Source: a virus. Taken from it: 64,000 nt of DNA. The notes beneath the pieces were generated by a model. It was not told the DNA's origin and ran no database searches. It worked only from the letters and a program-made list of their open reading frames with translations. Position numbers and translations under genes: made by a program. The DNA is taken from positions 1 through 64,000 of IMG/VR virus record IMGVR_UViG_3300043446_005051; one strand, 5' to 3'. Positions 62,915 through 64,000 of the stretch are shown here, piece after piece (positions within the stretch are counted from its first letter, which is position 1; each line of letters opens with the position of its first letter).

Positions 62915-62933
62915 ATTTTTTTAAGTATTTATA

Positions 62934-64000
62934 TTAAATATTTGGTGAAACGCCTAATGTGAGCCCAGCTGTAATAGAAACTCGGTTCTCTACATATTTC
63001 CAATTAGATGAACCTTTTGTTATGTTGGTAAACTCTTGAAATTCTTCATTGGTATCTGTTGAAGTTAATTGAAAATCTTCATTATTTCCACTTGCCCATA
63101 AAGACCCATCAGTTTTTATGGCAAATGTATTACTATGAGAACAATCAACGAATTTCCAATCTACCCCAGAACCAACCCTCGTTGGAACCACAGCAGAAGA
63201 TATTCCTACAATTCCAAGTTGAGATCTTGAATTATCTCCCCAAGTCCATAAACTTCCATCTTTTTTAATTGCAGCACTATGAGTCCTTCCACTTGAACAC
63301 AGTTTCCATTGGTCGGAGGTACCTATTTGAGTTGGAATATATCTATCAGTGTATGGGTCTTCTACTCCCAGTCCAAGTTGTCCTATTCCAATAGGGTCAC
63401 CAAGAACTTGGCCCTGATCAGTAACTGTAATTCCGGTATTATTTCCCCATGTCCATAGAGTTCCATCTTCTTTAATTGCAGTTACAACATGAACTCCAGT
63501 ACTTACAGTCTTCCATCCTCTATTCGTCTGGCCGACTGCCACATAAACTTCAGTAGGAGATGTGACAATTCTATTCACATTTGTGTCATTTATACCTAAC
63601 CTTCCATATGAATTTCTTCCCCAAGTCCATAAACTTCCATCTATTTTAATAGCGGCATTAAATGCACCGGAGGGACTATTAATTTTCCAATCTGAACCAA
63701 CTCCTACTTTAGTGAGAGTTGTAATGCCAGATGTTGATGTATACCCCAGCCCCAATTGAGCAGAGTCATTTCTTCCACAAGTCCACAAAGTACCATCATC
63801 TCTAATTACAGTGGTATGATATCCTCCAGATGATAACTTAACCCAATAAGAACCAATTCCCACTTGAGTTGGTGTATTTCTATTTGAATAATCCTTCGTT
63901 CCGAGTTGACCATGTGAGTTATCCCCCCAGGTCCACAAACTTCCATCTGTTTTAATAGCGGTAACAAAATCATTTGAAACTGAAATTTTCTTCCATTGAT
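62934..64000 (-). CDS. RCC1/BLIP-II repeat protein, 5'-truncated at window end
   Basis: Repeats continue (AIKTDGSLWTWG) past the track start to the window edge. Confidence 0.9.
   Translation of the reverse strand, partial: QWKKISVSNDFVTAIKTDGSLWTWGDNSHGQLGTKDYSNRNTPTQVGIGSYWVKLSSGGYHTTVIRDDGTLWTCGRNDSAQLGLGYTSTSGITTLTKVGVGSDWKINSPSGAFNAAIKIDGSLWTWGRNSYGRLGINDTNVNRIVTSPTEVYVAVGQTNRGWKTVSTGVHVVTAIKEDGTLWTWGNNTGITVTDQGQVLGDPIGIGQLGLGVEDPYTDRYIPTQIGTSDQWKLCSSGRTHSAAIKKDGSLWTWGDNSRSQLGIVGISSAVVPTRVGSGVDWKFVDCSHSNTFAIKTDGSLWASGNNEDFQLTSTDTNEEFQEFTNITKGSSNWKYVENRVSITAGLTLGVSPNI

Noticed and set aside
4-63759. Plus-strand ORFs in the track (e.g. 4-294, 213-578, 52609-52971, 53299-53799)
   Set aside because: They lie antisense to well-supported minus-strand genes, have shadow-like composition and carry no recognisable motifs
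59508-64000. Diversity-generating retroelement acting on the RCC1 genes
   Set aside because: No reverse transcriptase in the window and no template/variable repeat pair differing only at adenines was seen
1-64000. Stop-codon reassignment
   Set aside because: Long genes read through cleanly in code 11, TAA/TAG/TGA all end genes, and no suppressor tRNA was found

Overview
AT-rich segment of a large T4-like myophage genome, most likely a freshwater cyanophage. The host is inferred from cyanophage-type conserved small proteins, a cyanobacterial DUF7219-like ORF, an NblA-like ORF and TAAATA late promoters. Essentially all real genes are on the minus strand; the plus-strand ORFs in the track look like shadows. 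Positions 1-38 kb are a hyperplastic early region of about 100 small ORFs arranged as promoter-gene cassettes, many preceded by a recurring 24-bp palindrome (TGTGCCAS-N8-STGGCACA) plus an extended -10 box. At 33.9-37.3 kb there is a phage-encoded ubiquitin-like conjugation cassette (Ubl ending in Gly, JAB/JAMM peptidase, E2-like, E1/ThiF; PRTRC-like but with no ParB or E3 in this window). This is the main finding. Positions 32-46 kb hold 10 tRNA genes, a ~620-nt promoter-driven, highly structured non-coding RNA (ROOL/GOLLD class candidate), several smaller ncRNA candidates, a Dps, a Dam-type methylase, a PD-(D/E)XK homing endonuclease and ORFs with T4 internal-protein-like capsid-targeting leaders. 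Positions 51-64 kb are late genes: a 2449-aa virion protein, a sulfotransferase, three RCC1-repeat proteins, a YkgJ-like protein and a DUF4376-like protein. All family calls come from motif recognition by eye; no database search was run.
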